A program made the translations under genes and the position numbers. A DNA stretch of 62,975 nucleotides, counting the filler, from Hausera hauseri (Eukaryota): assembly GCA_046269625.1 (NCBI GenBank). It is 11 parts of 11 records of this genome, joined end to end, with 100 filler letters (N's around TTAATTAATTAA, not from the genome) between each part and the next. Parts side by side here need not be neighbours in the genome. Positions count along the whole stretch, not along the records: positions 1 to 8,708 come from JBJURY010561006.1; positions 8,809 to 15,584 come from JBJURY010066773.1; 9 more parts are not named here. One strand, 5' to 3'. This document shows positions 1-12,515 of the stretch, piece by piece; positions within the stretch are counted from its first letter, which is position 1; each line of letters starts with the position of its first letter. The notes beneath the pieces were generated by a model. That model worked only from the letters and a program-made list of their open reading frames with translations. It had not been told where the DNA came from and made no database searches.

Positions 1-130
1 GGAAACGAATTTAACTAACACTGAACCTCTTGACATAAACGCGGTTGGACAGCTTTTTGAATTTAAGGTTCCTGATAAGATAAGTCGAACTCGTAAGAAA
101 ATTAAACGAAATTTAATAAACTTTGAAAAC

Positions 131-1309
131 ATGGTTGAAAATCAAGCAGTAGCGCAGAAACTGGACATTTTACATTCGATTCTCTGAATCTTCCGGCATA
201 CGACGGTGATCCGGACGGACTCAATGAATTTTTAATAACGTATAAGTTGCACGCAGAAGGTACTGGACNNNNNNNNNNCGCTGTTCATGTGATGGTTAAA
301 CGTTTATCATTATATTTGAAGAATCTGGCCGCCGATGCCTATAGCGAACTCACCGACGATGAAAAGAAGACGTGATCCTCCCTAGTGGGAGCCTTGAACC
401 GGAAATTGTTACCGACTGTAACTCCGCAACAAACCTCATGGCTTTTCAAAATAGGGTACAACATAAGGTGAGTCAATAATCCAATTCGCTTTTGCCTTAA
501 AGAAGCTGGCAAGCAGTTATGTAAGTACTTTAAGAATAGCAAATATAGCCAGGGCCAAAAGCGAAGCAGAACGCGAAGCTGCAGAAAAGGCAAGGCCTCC
601 AGACCTAGACGTCATGATGATGACACAGTTAATAAATGGTATTTGGTATAAAGATATAGTAAATCAATTGATCCTGGCCAGATCAGAGAACTTTGACCGA
701 GCATTGCAATTAGTTCAGGACTTAGAAATGGCATTGGATAGATATGCTAGAAACAGTGACAGAAACGATATAGATAATGATCGAGGTGATCGAATTCGGG
801 GCGTTAAAAATGATTGACGATTTAATAAGAATTTTTGGATCGGAACAAGGACGGTAATCATGATCGCAGAAACAATCGGTATGGTAATCAAAATTTTGAT
901 AACCGTCGAAATAGTTCTAGTAAATCAAACTGCCATACGGATAAACGTCTAGATGGCTCCAAAATTTTAAAAATGGAAATCGGCAGAATGACAGCCAAAA
1001 TTACGATAACCGCAGATATGGGGATCCTAGGCAAGCTTCGTCGCATCGAAGTTATAATAGAAATCCAAGTAGATCGAAATCCCCGTTAAATGAGGATGGT
1101 CGGCAAAAGGTCGGTAGAAAAAAAAATTAATTTGTTATACATGCGGACAAGAAGAACACATAGCGAGATCCTGTCTAAACCCGCGAAGTGTCTCGTTTGT
1201 GGAACCCAGCAAAACTAATGTAATTAAAAACGAAAACTTAGAAGCAATTTACGGTGTCCGTAAGGACATGGGTATGATTATTGAGCTACAAGACTTACGA
1301 CGTTTTTAA
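131..1309 (+). pseudogene. gag: Gag (capsid-like region, R/N/D-rich linker, CCHC zinc knuckle)
   Basis: MVENQAVAQKLD..., LYLKNLAADAYSEL, CYTCGQEEHIARSC starting at 1133; several frameshifts and stops; ends RRF-TAA at 1307-1309. Confidence 0.8.
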
Positions 1310-4296
1310 AGGCCCAACCTGATACTAAAGACCCTAACGTTTTAGTGGTCAGAAACGAGTACGAGCATAATTTACGATTACTAGAAGTTTACCATGGCCT
1401 GTGTGAACCAGAAACGGAATACGAACATTCCATTGCTCCACCAAGGCTTATTGATATGGCACAGAAAAAGAACATTCCTACGATAAACAAAGAGCTAGAC
1501 GAAACAGGAAAACCTGAGACACCGGATGAAGTGGATCTAGATGTAGAACCAGGATATATGATAAAAAAGATAAGCAAAAAGGTTGAGGCCGACGAAGAAA
1601 CATAATTTTTGGAACCATTAATATTTAAAATTACGAAGAATAGAGGTCGTAGCCGATCGTTGAAACAGAAACGCAAGGATCGTTCGAGATCCCCAATAAT
1701 CAAGGAGAAATCAGATACAAGGAGAGAAACTGAAATCGCGTTGGACAGCGACACAGAATTCTCTTTGAACACTTCAGAAATTAATTTAGTTACGCCCGGC
1801 GAAATGGATGAGCTAACGAAATCTGTAAATGAAATAGATGATATATGTCCTTTACCTACTAGCGAAGAGGAAACAGAACAAGAGGAGAAACTCGATCCTA
1901 AAAAGTGGAAAATCAGAAACTCGTGAAAAATGCCCATGAATTAAAAAGAATGAGGACAAATTGTCTCACCCAGAGGTAGTACAATAGATTCTAGAGAAAC
2001 TCAAAGCAATGAGTTAGCAAGTGGATATTTCGGGCAAGGAACAGCAGTTTAGAGAGATTATATAAAAAGATGAAATTATATAGTGAAGGAAAACTAAGTG
2101 AAGCTATAGACTTAGATCAGCCTAAAGAAGTGGCAAAAGAAACACTAGTCCAGTGGAAACGCGAATTAGGAGTCTGGATGAAAAGTGAGATGAAATTCCC
2201 GGAGTCGTGGGATAAAACTACCCAAGACATTGAAGCTAGAATCAAACAAGGTCAGTCGCTATTAACTACATTAGAAGCCAACCAGAAATTAAAAAGAGTA
2301 GCACGTAATTTAGTGTGTGTCATGAATGAAATTAGATTTGCAATAGTCGAACGACTCAAGGGAAAACCGGTCAGGGGACGAAATGCAATTGATCGAGATG
2401 TTGGGCATAGACACAATAGATATTCCACCCTTAATGGAAATGATAAAAGTCACTTCTATGGCATCAAAACTATATACAAATCTGGAAAATCGTATTGAGG
2501 CCGAAAAAAGGTCGCAGATATATGGTCCGAGGAATAGAATTATGCATACAAATAATGGCGAAACACAGAAAATAATTATGGCTTGTATCCTCAAATTCGA
2601 CGAATATAAAGACGAGTTCGAATACGCCCGTGGGGTCATTGATTTTATTAAAGGTCCATATAATGAGCTAGAAGCTCGCAAAATGTTAGAAAAACAATAT
2701 TGGCAAAGCTAGAAATCGCTGATCAGTTGAACAAATGGTCCAAGGTAATGACAAGGTTCAGTAAATTAGTAGCCAGTCGGAAAAAAGAATTTCCGGAGAG
2801 CGAACACATAGTAAAGAAACAATTAGAAGAAGACGCCCAAAATCTAGATACGATGAAGACAGAAATAGACATCCGAACCCAATTCGAAACATTGCGTCAA
2901 TTGGACTTTATGGAAAAGAAACAAGAAATAACGATATTGGATGATATGTACAAAATGATCGAAGAAACAAACTTTATGCAAAAACGGAACGCAACTTGTG
3001 ACTTTTATCCAAGATTAAGAGATGCACGCCTGAAAGGAATACGGTATTTAACAGCCAAGCCCATCGAGGAAATCTCGATCCAAGACCTTAGAACCTTGGA
3101 CCTTTGTCCCGAATATCGGTCAATCGTTGAAGAAACGGTGAAGTTCTTACACCATCCACAAAAATGCACGGACGGAACTGATCAAAGGCATCACACCGAA
3201 CTGATTAGAATAAAGAATGACCACCACCTTAGCTTTGAAGAAATCAAATTTGTAAAGTTAATAGATGAGATAGATCCAGATTCGAAAACTATTAACGAGA
3301 TGTTTGAATTAGCGCTACTGATGGTGGAAATGGCGAAAATTAGCGACGAGAAATTAAGACAATTGTTTCAGCAGATACAGCAAGTCGAAGAAACTTGCAT
3401 TAAGACTGATTCCGGCTAAAGAATTATGTTCGTTGTTAACACTGCTACACCAAACTTTTGCCAATGGGCGTTGTTTCCGGACGACGAAAATGGTCCAAAT
3501 GCAACAAAAGCTACAAGAACTCAAAAAAACCAAATGGACTGCAGGTGTGGATGGGCCAACTGATGCACCGCCAAGGGACTATCGACTGCCGGATAATGAG
3601 AACGAATCAGAATGGGAGGCATATTTAGATGCAATGATTGCCGAAAACCCGAAAACTCCCATACGATTGAGCGAAACGGAGGTATACCCTTCGGACCGAA
3701 TATTCATTGCCGAAATGCTTCTGGACCCAGCACAAACTCGACTAAGACAGTTAGTCCCCACTTGAACCAAATTAGCCAGAGAAAGTACGATTTATAGTGC
3801 GGCACCTAAGCTTTTAATTAAAGAATATGGTAAAATCTTGAAGGAAAAGGCAGAGGAGACGATCATAGTAAAGATAGCATCTGACTGGATGGACGAAATG
3901 GAGCATGAATTTACTACGCGCTCCCTTGTGAGAGATGTATTATGAATAAAGAGCAATGGATATACCCATGAGCTAAACTATAGACTTTATTTTAGAGGAC
4001 GAATACTAGACGAATTATAATTATTAATAGAAATCGGAATTATTCTGGGAGAAGTAAACAGAATAGTTGTAACAATTCCTACCGACGAGACAAAAGAAGA
4101 AGCCATAAGGAAGGCCATAGCGGAACAGTGGGTAGGACGAATTATAGGAGTTCAAGACGCAGCAATGTATTTTGAATATCTAAAAACCGACGAAGACAAG
4201 AGACAATACGATAAGAATCTAGCGCCAACCAGTGAGGTCGCACCGACTGTAATAAAACAGAAGCATTCCGTCGGTAGACCACGGAAAAAGCGATAA
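1303..4296 (+). pseudogene. Orphan ORF2, about 1000 aa when reconstructed, charged and helical, located where pol would be
   Basis: Fragments 1345-1605, 1609-1926, 2070-2498, 2383-2712, 2700-3419 and 3433-3765 join by single stops/frameshifts; conserved at protein level in copy 2; no D(S/T)G, YxDD, RNase H or DDE motifs seen. Confidence 0.6.
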
Positions 4297-4308
4297 GAAA
4301 TCGATTAT

Positions 4309-6942
4309 AATGGAGACTTTATCAGAGAATTGAGGCAAATGTACATACCAACCTTCAGCACCAATGACGAAGAATTAAAGGAACTAATGGAAAAGTAGAT
4401 ACGGACAGTGAACCACCCTGGTCTCGGTGGCGACATACTGGACGAAAAAGAAAAAGCTATATTTAACACAGCCAAAACTATCAAAAGTTTCCGGTGTAAA
4501 TTATCCAGAAGTAGCCTAAGAGATAAAATGGTAATCGAGAAAATTATGGTAGAGAATACCGTAGAGGAATTAAGGAAAGTGTTGCTATATTTCGCCGTTA
4601 AAATCAATCCGGTCCGATATAACGAATTCAATAAGGCCATTAGCTTGGCGAGAAAGGCTGCCGGGAAACTACCACGAGAAGTGAATTGGCCTAAATTATT
4701 TGAAAAAGAAGAACGGCAAAATAAATCCTTCCTAGGCAATAATAGAATTGAAGACTTGTTACGAAACGTAACCGGAAATAATAGAGGAAACGAGTCAAAC
4801 TGGTTAATTAACTTCTTAACCATGATGATGCTAATAAGGCAGATAGTTGCAGTTACAGATTATAATGTGACAAATTTAGTCTTGGCCAGAAATACTCAAT
4901 AATGGACTAAGAAATGTGTGAAGACGCGAGACCACATAAATTAGAAACAAAAGAAAAAGAATTATGTGCTATATCAACAACGCGAACTAGTCACCTTAGA
5001 TGGAATAGAATATATGTTGCGACGATCTCGCAGCATTTTCCATTGTGGACTGGTACACGGACACTCATCAATAATCAAGCCAACAACCCACCAATTCCAA
5101 TGAATTTAGAACGTCAGCATTGTAAGCAAGCTAGAGAAAAGCGAAGAATAAAATGGGACAGCATGGAATTAGAAATGCAGCAAGGGAAAATGATCAGAGT
5201 GTAAAAAGTGGCAGCAGAAAGACTAGACATGCACACCGGACATTGTTATGGTGCGGAATACGATACTGGGAAAGGATTAGAGTCAAACATCGTAGTTGTA
5301 GATTTTTACGAAACCGAAATGCGCCTACAGAAGATGATGTTCCATAGCGTTACAAAACTTTATACAGAAAACCAAAAGTGCCACATACAAAATGGCACAT
5401 GCCCTTTTCGAAGTTCCGTAGTAATTTGGGAACCATCGACTAAGACCGACTGCTACTTTATTAGAATTAAAGAGCTTAAGTTCAATGAGACGACCGGAAA
5501 GCGATACATAAGTAATGCAGAAACCAAGTCTAAAAGACGAGAAGATGTAGCCGATACTCATGGGTTAAAATTCGTAAAGAAAGACGTGCTTACGAGTTGC
5601 GATGTCATAATGTATGCCATCAAGTACGAAGCATTCTTTGTAGCTGAGACAGAAATAAATGCCAGAACATTCAAGCTCGAGACTCAAGTCATTCGAATTG
5701 AGGATTATCTAAAAAACAGAGACAACTATTTCTACTATAAATGACAAGCGGGAATAGCCAAATTGTACCACAAAATAATAACAAATGATTGCAAGTTAGA
5801 CTTGGAGGTTATGAGAATTAAGCTGGCCCTAATATATGCCAACCGCGAACTAGCATCGCCAATAATTCCAATGAAAGAAGGCGTTTTCGGACTAGTAACC
5901 GGAGAAATCTTACTAACCTACGAATGTGAAAAGAAGGACGTACCTATTAACGTGGAGGAAAAGGTGTATACAAGAGCTTCCAGTGATATACCAAGACGTA
6001 CCGAAATTAGTAACACCAATTACCAGAGTGTTGTTGGCAAACTCTACCCAACCGACAATTTTGAGAGACTGCAAGACCAGATTAGGCGAACCATTGTTCA
6101 GACGTAGCGAAACCGATTGGGTAAGTTTACCAAACGGCGGTATAATTACACCGCTCACCAAATTAACGGGAACAAACTTAATGAAAGGGATAACCGATGA
6201 TAAATTCCAAGATACGGCCGCAAAGGGTATTTACCGACCAAAAGAAGTAGAGGCGTTCCGACAATTTCTCACTTTCCCTCATCAATGCACACACGAATTA
6301 AACAAGGCAATGCACACAATACTAGAGGACTCACGTTACTAAGCGAAGCTGGAATCTTTACTTGGCGTCAACTACTACAACAAAGTAACTACGAAAATAT
6401 TGCACAAAATTTGGGGAAGATTCCTAGTATTCGGACAAGCCGCATCAGGGTTCATAGCGATTTATTTCTTGATCCAGCTGGTAAAGGCGATAATTCAAGC
6501 AATCATAAATGAATATGAGATATTCACCTTGACAGGATTTTCGTGCAAAATTTTAACGGCTATTATTACACCCTTCGGCAAATTCTTAAGGGTTTATGAA
6601 GAAAGTAGATGGAAAACGGAAATAGAACGTCATGTGGGCTACCACAATCGGAACCGTAAGAGAAGGCACATATTCAACTATAAGCAAAAATTTATAAATA
6701 CTAAAATACGAAGAAATAATTCTGACGATGACGAGCCTAAGGGAGGAGACGCTATTCCCCAGTCGAATAGGCATAAAAACTACTCTGTTACAAAGCTACC
6801 TTTGCCGATACTGCCGCTGACGGCACCTATATATGAGGACTATGAAAAACAGTCTGAGTTCATGCCAGACAGGAATCTATCGGAAGCCGTTTATTCTAGA
6901 GGATCCTTACAAAGGAACAAAACACTACGGGATATTGCGTAA
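4309..6942 (+). pseudogene. env: Chuvirus-like (class III, gB-type) fusion glycoprotein / env precursor
   Basis: Signal-like WLINFLTMMMLIRQIVA; ordered motifs GHCYGAEY, LYHKIITNDCKLD, GVFGLVTGEILLTYEC, CIQELPV, LVTPITRVL, AAKGIY...FLTFP and TM IWGRFLVFGQAASGFIAIYFLIQLVKAII match the pattern I recall for Chuviridae-type glycoproteins. Confidence 0.8.
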
Positions 6943-7224
6943 GATCCACGAAACGGATAGAACAGTTGCTCCACATGGGCGCTCAGCAGTCGACGATCAC
7001 GGTATAATTTATTCACCAAGAATACCTAGACCAAACGAAAGGCAATCAACATTTACCGGAAGCCGCGAAACACACCATCTCAGAAACCAAGGAATCCAGC
7101 CGCCAGTTAGAAAACAAGAAATAGAAAACGCGAATGGTACGAATAACGAACTATACCCAATTGGAGAGTTAAGGCAATTAATCGATCAGCTAGTTGGAAC
7201 CACTGAAGTTACCATCAACGGCTA

Positions 7225-8708
7225 CAAGGTGTCCTATTTCATAAATTTCCGGAATATTCTATTCCAATATATTGAATTGTGTGAATATTCAATATTTGAA
7301 TTTGTACTAATCAATTTGGTCGATGTGCGACGTAATTCAAACAGATAATTGATTATTAGAAAATGGGTCGTGGAACCGCATGGTTTTGATGATTTGATCA
7401 TGCAGCGAGAACCAAAGCCACATCTCTCGTATGTGTCCTTGGTTACCCCCATATTATATCATCGGGTAGGATGTAGGTTAGTTAGTACTACTGTAGGACT
7501 GTAATACTTTAATATGTTCATACTCGTTTTATTCAAGTGGATTATTCAAATTTGATACAATATGATGATTTAACTTTTTAAATATAAATAATCAAACTCC
7601 GTGTTTAATTCCTCGAAAATACAACCAAAACTATGTTTGTTCTATTCATCTGAAATTTATACTATTGTATAATATTTTCACAGGTTTTATAAAATTCAAT
7701 TTCTGTAATGAACAGGGTGTCGCGATCTTCCCGCAGATTTTGCCATCAGAATGAAAAAAAAAGAAAAATCCATAATTATGTTAGAAATGTTAAAATTTAC
7801 TTCCATGAAAAGTTTTTAGGTATTTTATTTTACAAAAATTGTTAAAGTTATTTCCTTTATATGCAATCCATAGGTGACAACGACGAATGAATGAGCCGTA
7901 AGCATGAAAAATGACTGGAAAACCAATATTGCCAATTAAGTATTTTAATTTCTGTTGAAGTTTATCACGTGTTCTAGGTCTCGGTGACTCGGAAAGATTA
8001 TCGCGAATAGCTCCCCATGACTAAAAGTGATTCAAAGACAGGTCTGGACTTCTGGGTGGCCAATGAATGGGGCACCACGTCCTATCCATTTTCCTGGAAG
8101 GTTAGTATTCAATAAATCACGCACGGTTATTGCAAAATGCGGTGGTGCGTCATCCTGTTGATAAAAGCGATTGTGGTTACGTCTTTGACTGATGACTGGA
8201 AAGACATGATTGATTAATACATTCCCATATTGCTCCGCATTAACAGTCTCCCACATGATATGATAGGTAATTCCATCAATGGTGAATATCATAGCCCAGA
8301 AAATAATTGCACGGGACCTCATAAAATGAACATAAGTGGCATGATGATTTTCACGAGTATAAACAACATAATTATGTCTGTTGACACTGAAATTGATGCT
8401 GTGAATAAAGTTGGAATTATCATTGTCTTTGGATCATAAGTCGGCAAGATTGTAAGTGCTGTGGGGATCATTTGCTCGTAACCATTACACAACAGTTGAT
8501 TTCCACGGTTTAATTCCTTCTTCATTCAGCACCTTATTAACCGAAGAAACGGATACTCCAACTTAACAAGCAACTATTTGCTGAGAGGCTGTAACTATTA
8601 AACGACGTTGATCTCCTATGGACTTATGGCGAACAATAGAAAGAATTCCCAGAAAACGTTTCTGGCAGTCCAACAATGTTCTAACATGTGACGGAAGCTT
8701 ATTAAACA
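7225..8708 (-). mobile_element. Tc1/mariner element (maT/rosa-like); transposase pseudogene about 7830-8700
   Basis: QQDDAPPH...VRDLLNTNLPGKWIGRG, degenerate WPPRSPDL, C-terminal RRCHL..YKGNNF; terminus TA|CAAGGTGTCC at 7223-7234. Confidence 0.8.
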
Positions 8709-8808
8709 NNNNNNNNNNNNNNNNNNNNNNNNNNNNNNNNNNNNNNNNNNNNTTAATTAATTAANNNNNNNNNNNNNNNNNNNNNNNNNNNNNNNNNNNN
8801 NNNNNNNN
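8709..8808. other. Artificial contig spacer N44-TTAATTAATTAA-N44 (also 15585-15684, 19798-19897, 25578-25677, 29663-29762, 35113-35212, 39491-39590, 49827-49926, 54565-54664, 58828-58927)
   Basis: Ten identical 100-nt blocks with a six-frame stop linker. Confidence 0.99.
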
Positions 8809-8879
8809 ATGTGTGGACCGCTGTACTTTGACTTTTTCGATCAGCCGAAATACCTACTGCCCGGTGTTAAAGCCATGAT
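8809..8879 (+). repeat. 71-bp exact direct repeat at both contig ends (other copy 15514-15584)
   Basis: ATGTGTGGACCG...AGCCATGAT is identical at contig start and end. Confidence 0.97.
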
Positions 8880-9542
8880 TCGGCTGAAACGCAGCGACAA
8901 TGTCTTTTTTTGAAAACTACAGTTGCAAATCTCAAACCCATATTGAAAATTACCGAGGCACGACTATACGTACGTCATGTAAAGATAGAACCATCTGTGC
9001 TCATGGGACACCGATTGGGCTTGGAAAAACAAAATGCCTGTTACACATTACAACGCACACAACTTGTCTTTTACACCATACCAAAGGTTCAACTACGTTT
9101 TACAAAGATGCATTGTTTGGCGACATTGTGCTCGTTTCATTTCAAGCGACTGCTCAACAAACGGGCAGTTATACCACCGATTCCGAAGCGTTTACCCATA
9201 GCAATGTGAATTACAATAGTTAGAGTAAGAATGCGGATTTCGTTGAAACATACAAACAGGATTTCGAGAGTGGCGATTATGCAATCTATCATGCACAACA
9301 TGGGTGCGCTGAAAAAAATGTCAACAATGGCATATCGATGGATTTGTTCAAGTCCACCTATCCATCCTTCACCTTTGTCCTGGCTCCATATTATGACGTT
9401 GAACGGACTCAACTACCTTAGCAGGGAAACCTCAGATTGGAGGTTCACTTTGCTAAAGCGTTGGAGCAATCTACCGTGATTCACATATGGTGTATTTGAT
9501 GCCGAGATGGAAATAACGAAAAACGGAACCGTCATTGTATAA
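8809..9542 (+). pseudogene. Polinton/adintovirus major capsid protein, C-terminal half
   Basis: MCGPLYFDFFDQPKYLLPGV, ITEARLYVRHVKIEPSVLMGH, GNLRLEVHFAKAL, YGVFDAEMEITKNGTV; frameshifted. Confidence 0.85.
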
Positions 9543-9649
9543 ATAAAACTCACTGTATCTCACCTTTTCTTCGTCTTCTTTGTACTATAAAGTAATTTAT
9601 TTTGATAACTACTATTATAGTTAAATCACGTTTTACATTTAGCTCCACT

Positions 9650-9950
9650 GAGCTCAGTCAGTACAGAAAACTGCTCTGGCGCTAAATTTCGTGGCGTGTT
9701 TCCGCTGGACTGTGTTCCGCGTGATTTACAAGTTGGTGGTTTCATTGTCAATGCACAAACATTGGATTGCTGTGTACGTCCATCGGACCGTCCTCAGAGT
9801 ATTCGATCCGCAGGGATTTTGCTTCCCGTCATTGCTAGTTTCTCAAATTGAAAGAATCACATCATCATCATATTTCATTATCAGCATCCACTGACCGTAT
9901 TATGTGGACATTACTGCTTATTGTGGCTTACGTTACAAACACTTGTGAAC
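9650..9950 (+). pseudogene. Polinton adenain-like cysteine protease
   Basis: FRGVFPLD...GFIVN...HWIAVY...VFDPQG...QHPLTVLCGHYC (H/D/Q/C catalytic layout), directly after the MCP. Confidence 0.8.
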
Positions 9951-10454
9951 AATCGCAAAACTTTCAGTTTTGAACAATACTTTTGTGATTTTGAAATATG
10001 TTTTGTTATTACGATTAATTCTTATTCTTTGTGTGATCCTAATTTATCAGCCGTTCGGATTTAATTGTTGCTGTTTGCAAATGCTGTTACATTTAAGGGT
10101 TCTAAATGTGTTATTTTTCATATCAATATTTTTTATTAAAACTCAAAAAATTCGTTTCCTCTATAAGGATATAGTCACTCTAATTACTAATTAATGGGGT
10201 GTGAATATAAAAGCCCAATAATTATTAATTTATTTATTAAAATAATGTTAGAGCAGTTGAGCGTATTCGCATACATATAAAATAAATGAACGTTTAAAAC
10301 CAGAGACATGTGTAACGAAATGTTACTAAAATTATAATACTACTAGTATTCAATTAGTGACATAATAAATGATTAGATAAATATATTTGAAAACACTAAC
10401 CAATTTGATAAAAAATTAAAAAATAAACTTTCATCGATATTGCATCAAATCCAT

Positions 10455-10518
10455 TGGGCCGCAAAATTCCATCTAGCGGACCTCATACGGCCTGCGGGCC
10501 GCGGGATAGCTAGGCCTG
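10455..10518 (+). repeat. hAT (Charlie-like) 3' terminal remnant
   Basis: GGGCCGCA...GGCCTGCGGGCCG...CCTG pattern typical of Charlie/SPIN ends. Confidence 0.45.
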
Positions 10519-11724
10519 GCGTAATATTTCTTCATCGCTTCTTGGCTACAATAATGTACACGCCTCTGAAGCTATCATATATTCTACCACTCTTATAATT
10601 CAATCCGTTCATCATTACATCAATGCATTTCTACGTTATTGAGGTGGTAATGATACCTCGATACACGAGTGAAAACTGAAGAAACTACAATTAGGCTCTT
10701 AGTTAATTGAAAGTGAGTGTTAAAGGTTGATGTATCGAACACCATTGAGTCAATTACTGCTCAAGCAACAACATAGGAAGTGTTTTATTAAACGAGCATA
10801 ATCATGATGTAATTCAATTCAATATATCAATATGTGTAATCGGCGGTACTGTGTTGACATTAGAACTAACCCAAATATTTGCATTTTCACTACTGGTTAT
10901 GTGTGCTTGTATTATGTCATAAAACAGTGTCGACTTTGTCATATCTTGTTAAATCAATTTTGCAGTAAATCTGGGTTTCTTATGACGAATAGTCAGAGAG
11001 ACGTACAAAATATAATGCTGATTAATAATGAGAAACTGTTCTTCCAAGGTCAAAATAACGCATATTAAATACCGAAAGTTTCAGCAAAAATTTCGTCACA
11101 ATTTCAGAAATATTTATTGTTTCAAAACCATCTTCGTTTACTTAAAACCAATTTCTTACCCGATTTCGTGATTACTTTGTGAAGAATATGACATCTCGTT
11201 TTGAAATCAAATTCTCAAACACACCAAAATTACTACCTAAAAGTGACTACAATGGATAACATTGTGAATGTATTAAATATAAAAAATAAATTATTAAATA
11301 TTATTACATATTTTAAAATGTTAATAAATCAAACAAAATTTACCAACTTTACGTTGAATCCGCATTACAATCCTATGGTAGTAAAGAATGAATAAATTAG
11401 TTGTCTGGATAATATTATTTCAAATACTCCAATACTGGTAATCGGACATCTGTTATGACAAAGTACGTATACGCACATCTTGCGTTGGGTAAACAGTGGC
11501 TGCGGTTTAATTTTATTGTAATTACCAGAGATTTGTATTTCAGTTTATATGACTTAATGACATGAAATCCAGCTCAGCTGATATTCTCTTGAAATTGAAT
11601 TTTGGCACTCATGGATACCATATGATAAAAACTATTTTATCTGTTTGGCGCACTATTAAGTTGATGTGGTAGGCTTCATTGGATATGGATTTTATTATTT
11701 TCTTATTACTTACCACGCGCATAA

Positions 11725-12515
11725 TAATACCACGTGAGCAGTCATGTGACAGTCACGTGATACACCCACGCGTCACGTGACGCATTATGAAATATTATCA
11801 AATATGATCATATTATAATCGCATTATTATCAAATATAATCATTTTATTATCAAATATTATCAACTATAATCACATTATCAATTATTATCAAATATAATC
11901 ATATTATTATCAAATATAATAAATGTCGGACTGATCACGTGATCGATCACACGCATCATGTGACTATTCACGCGCTTCACGTGACGCGTAGGCGTGTCAC
12001 GTGACTGTCACCTGATTCGCAAATCCATGATCGCCTACGTTTAGAATTCTTGAACGTAGTGGGGAAATTTTCACAATTGCGAAATGCTGGCAGTTTAGTT
12101 TTAATTGTGATAACCTTTATCTCATGATAAATGCCTTGTGACTAATCACGTGAATCATGTGACCAATCACGTACGTTACGTGATGCGTGGACGTATCACG
12201 TGACTGTCACGTGGTGTGCGTGGGCGAACCTCACAAAACCATTTTTGGGTCTCGGTCACTATTTTCAACGCTTTTTCTTTGTTACCCATACACCCGAACC
12301 CCATGTTCCCGACATCATTCGAACGTCCGTACTCTACATTTTCTCTTATCCTTTATTGCTCAAATTTTGCTTCTAGAAATTGGGTTTTTTTGCATTTTCT
12401 AGCTTTGGCTTTTGTGCCATAGAAAAACCGACCGCACCATTGAACTCGCCGTGATCAAATTGACCTGAAGTCACGTGATTGGCCACGTGACTGTCACACG
12501 ATGTGCGTGGGCAGG
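11725..12515. repeat. Clusters of (GT)CACGTG(AC) palindromes with an AT-rich ATTATCAAATATAATC tandem block
   Basis: About 11 CACGTG hexamers plus CATGTG variants in four clusters; AT tandem at about 11785-11920. Confidence 0.85.

Larger units (their letters stand above)
1..7224 (+). mobile_element. Degenerate LTR-type element, copy 1: gag, orphan ORF2, chuvirus-like glycoprotein (env); no pol detected
   Basis: Co-oriented degenerate ORFs across 7.2 kb; CCHC knuckle; colinear with 35830-39190, which carries an LTR end and PBS; 3' side cut by a Tc1/mariner insertion. Confidence 0.8.

Noticed and set aside
1389-1937. Long antisense ORFs (also 4305-4823, 37163-37627, 52204-53931)
   Set aside because: Shadow frames of real ORFs on the opposite strand
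8709-8808. Regularly recurring TTAATTAATTAA motif between N runs
   Set aside because: Artificial concatenation linker; neighbouring contigs are not physically linked
11725-12515. Resemblance to a budding-yeast point centromere (CDEI plus AT-rich core) or a CRISPR array
   Set aside because: Animal context, no CDEIII-like motif, and no constant repeat with unique spacers
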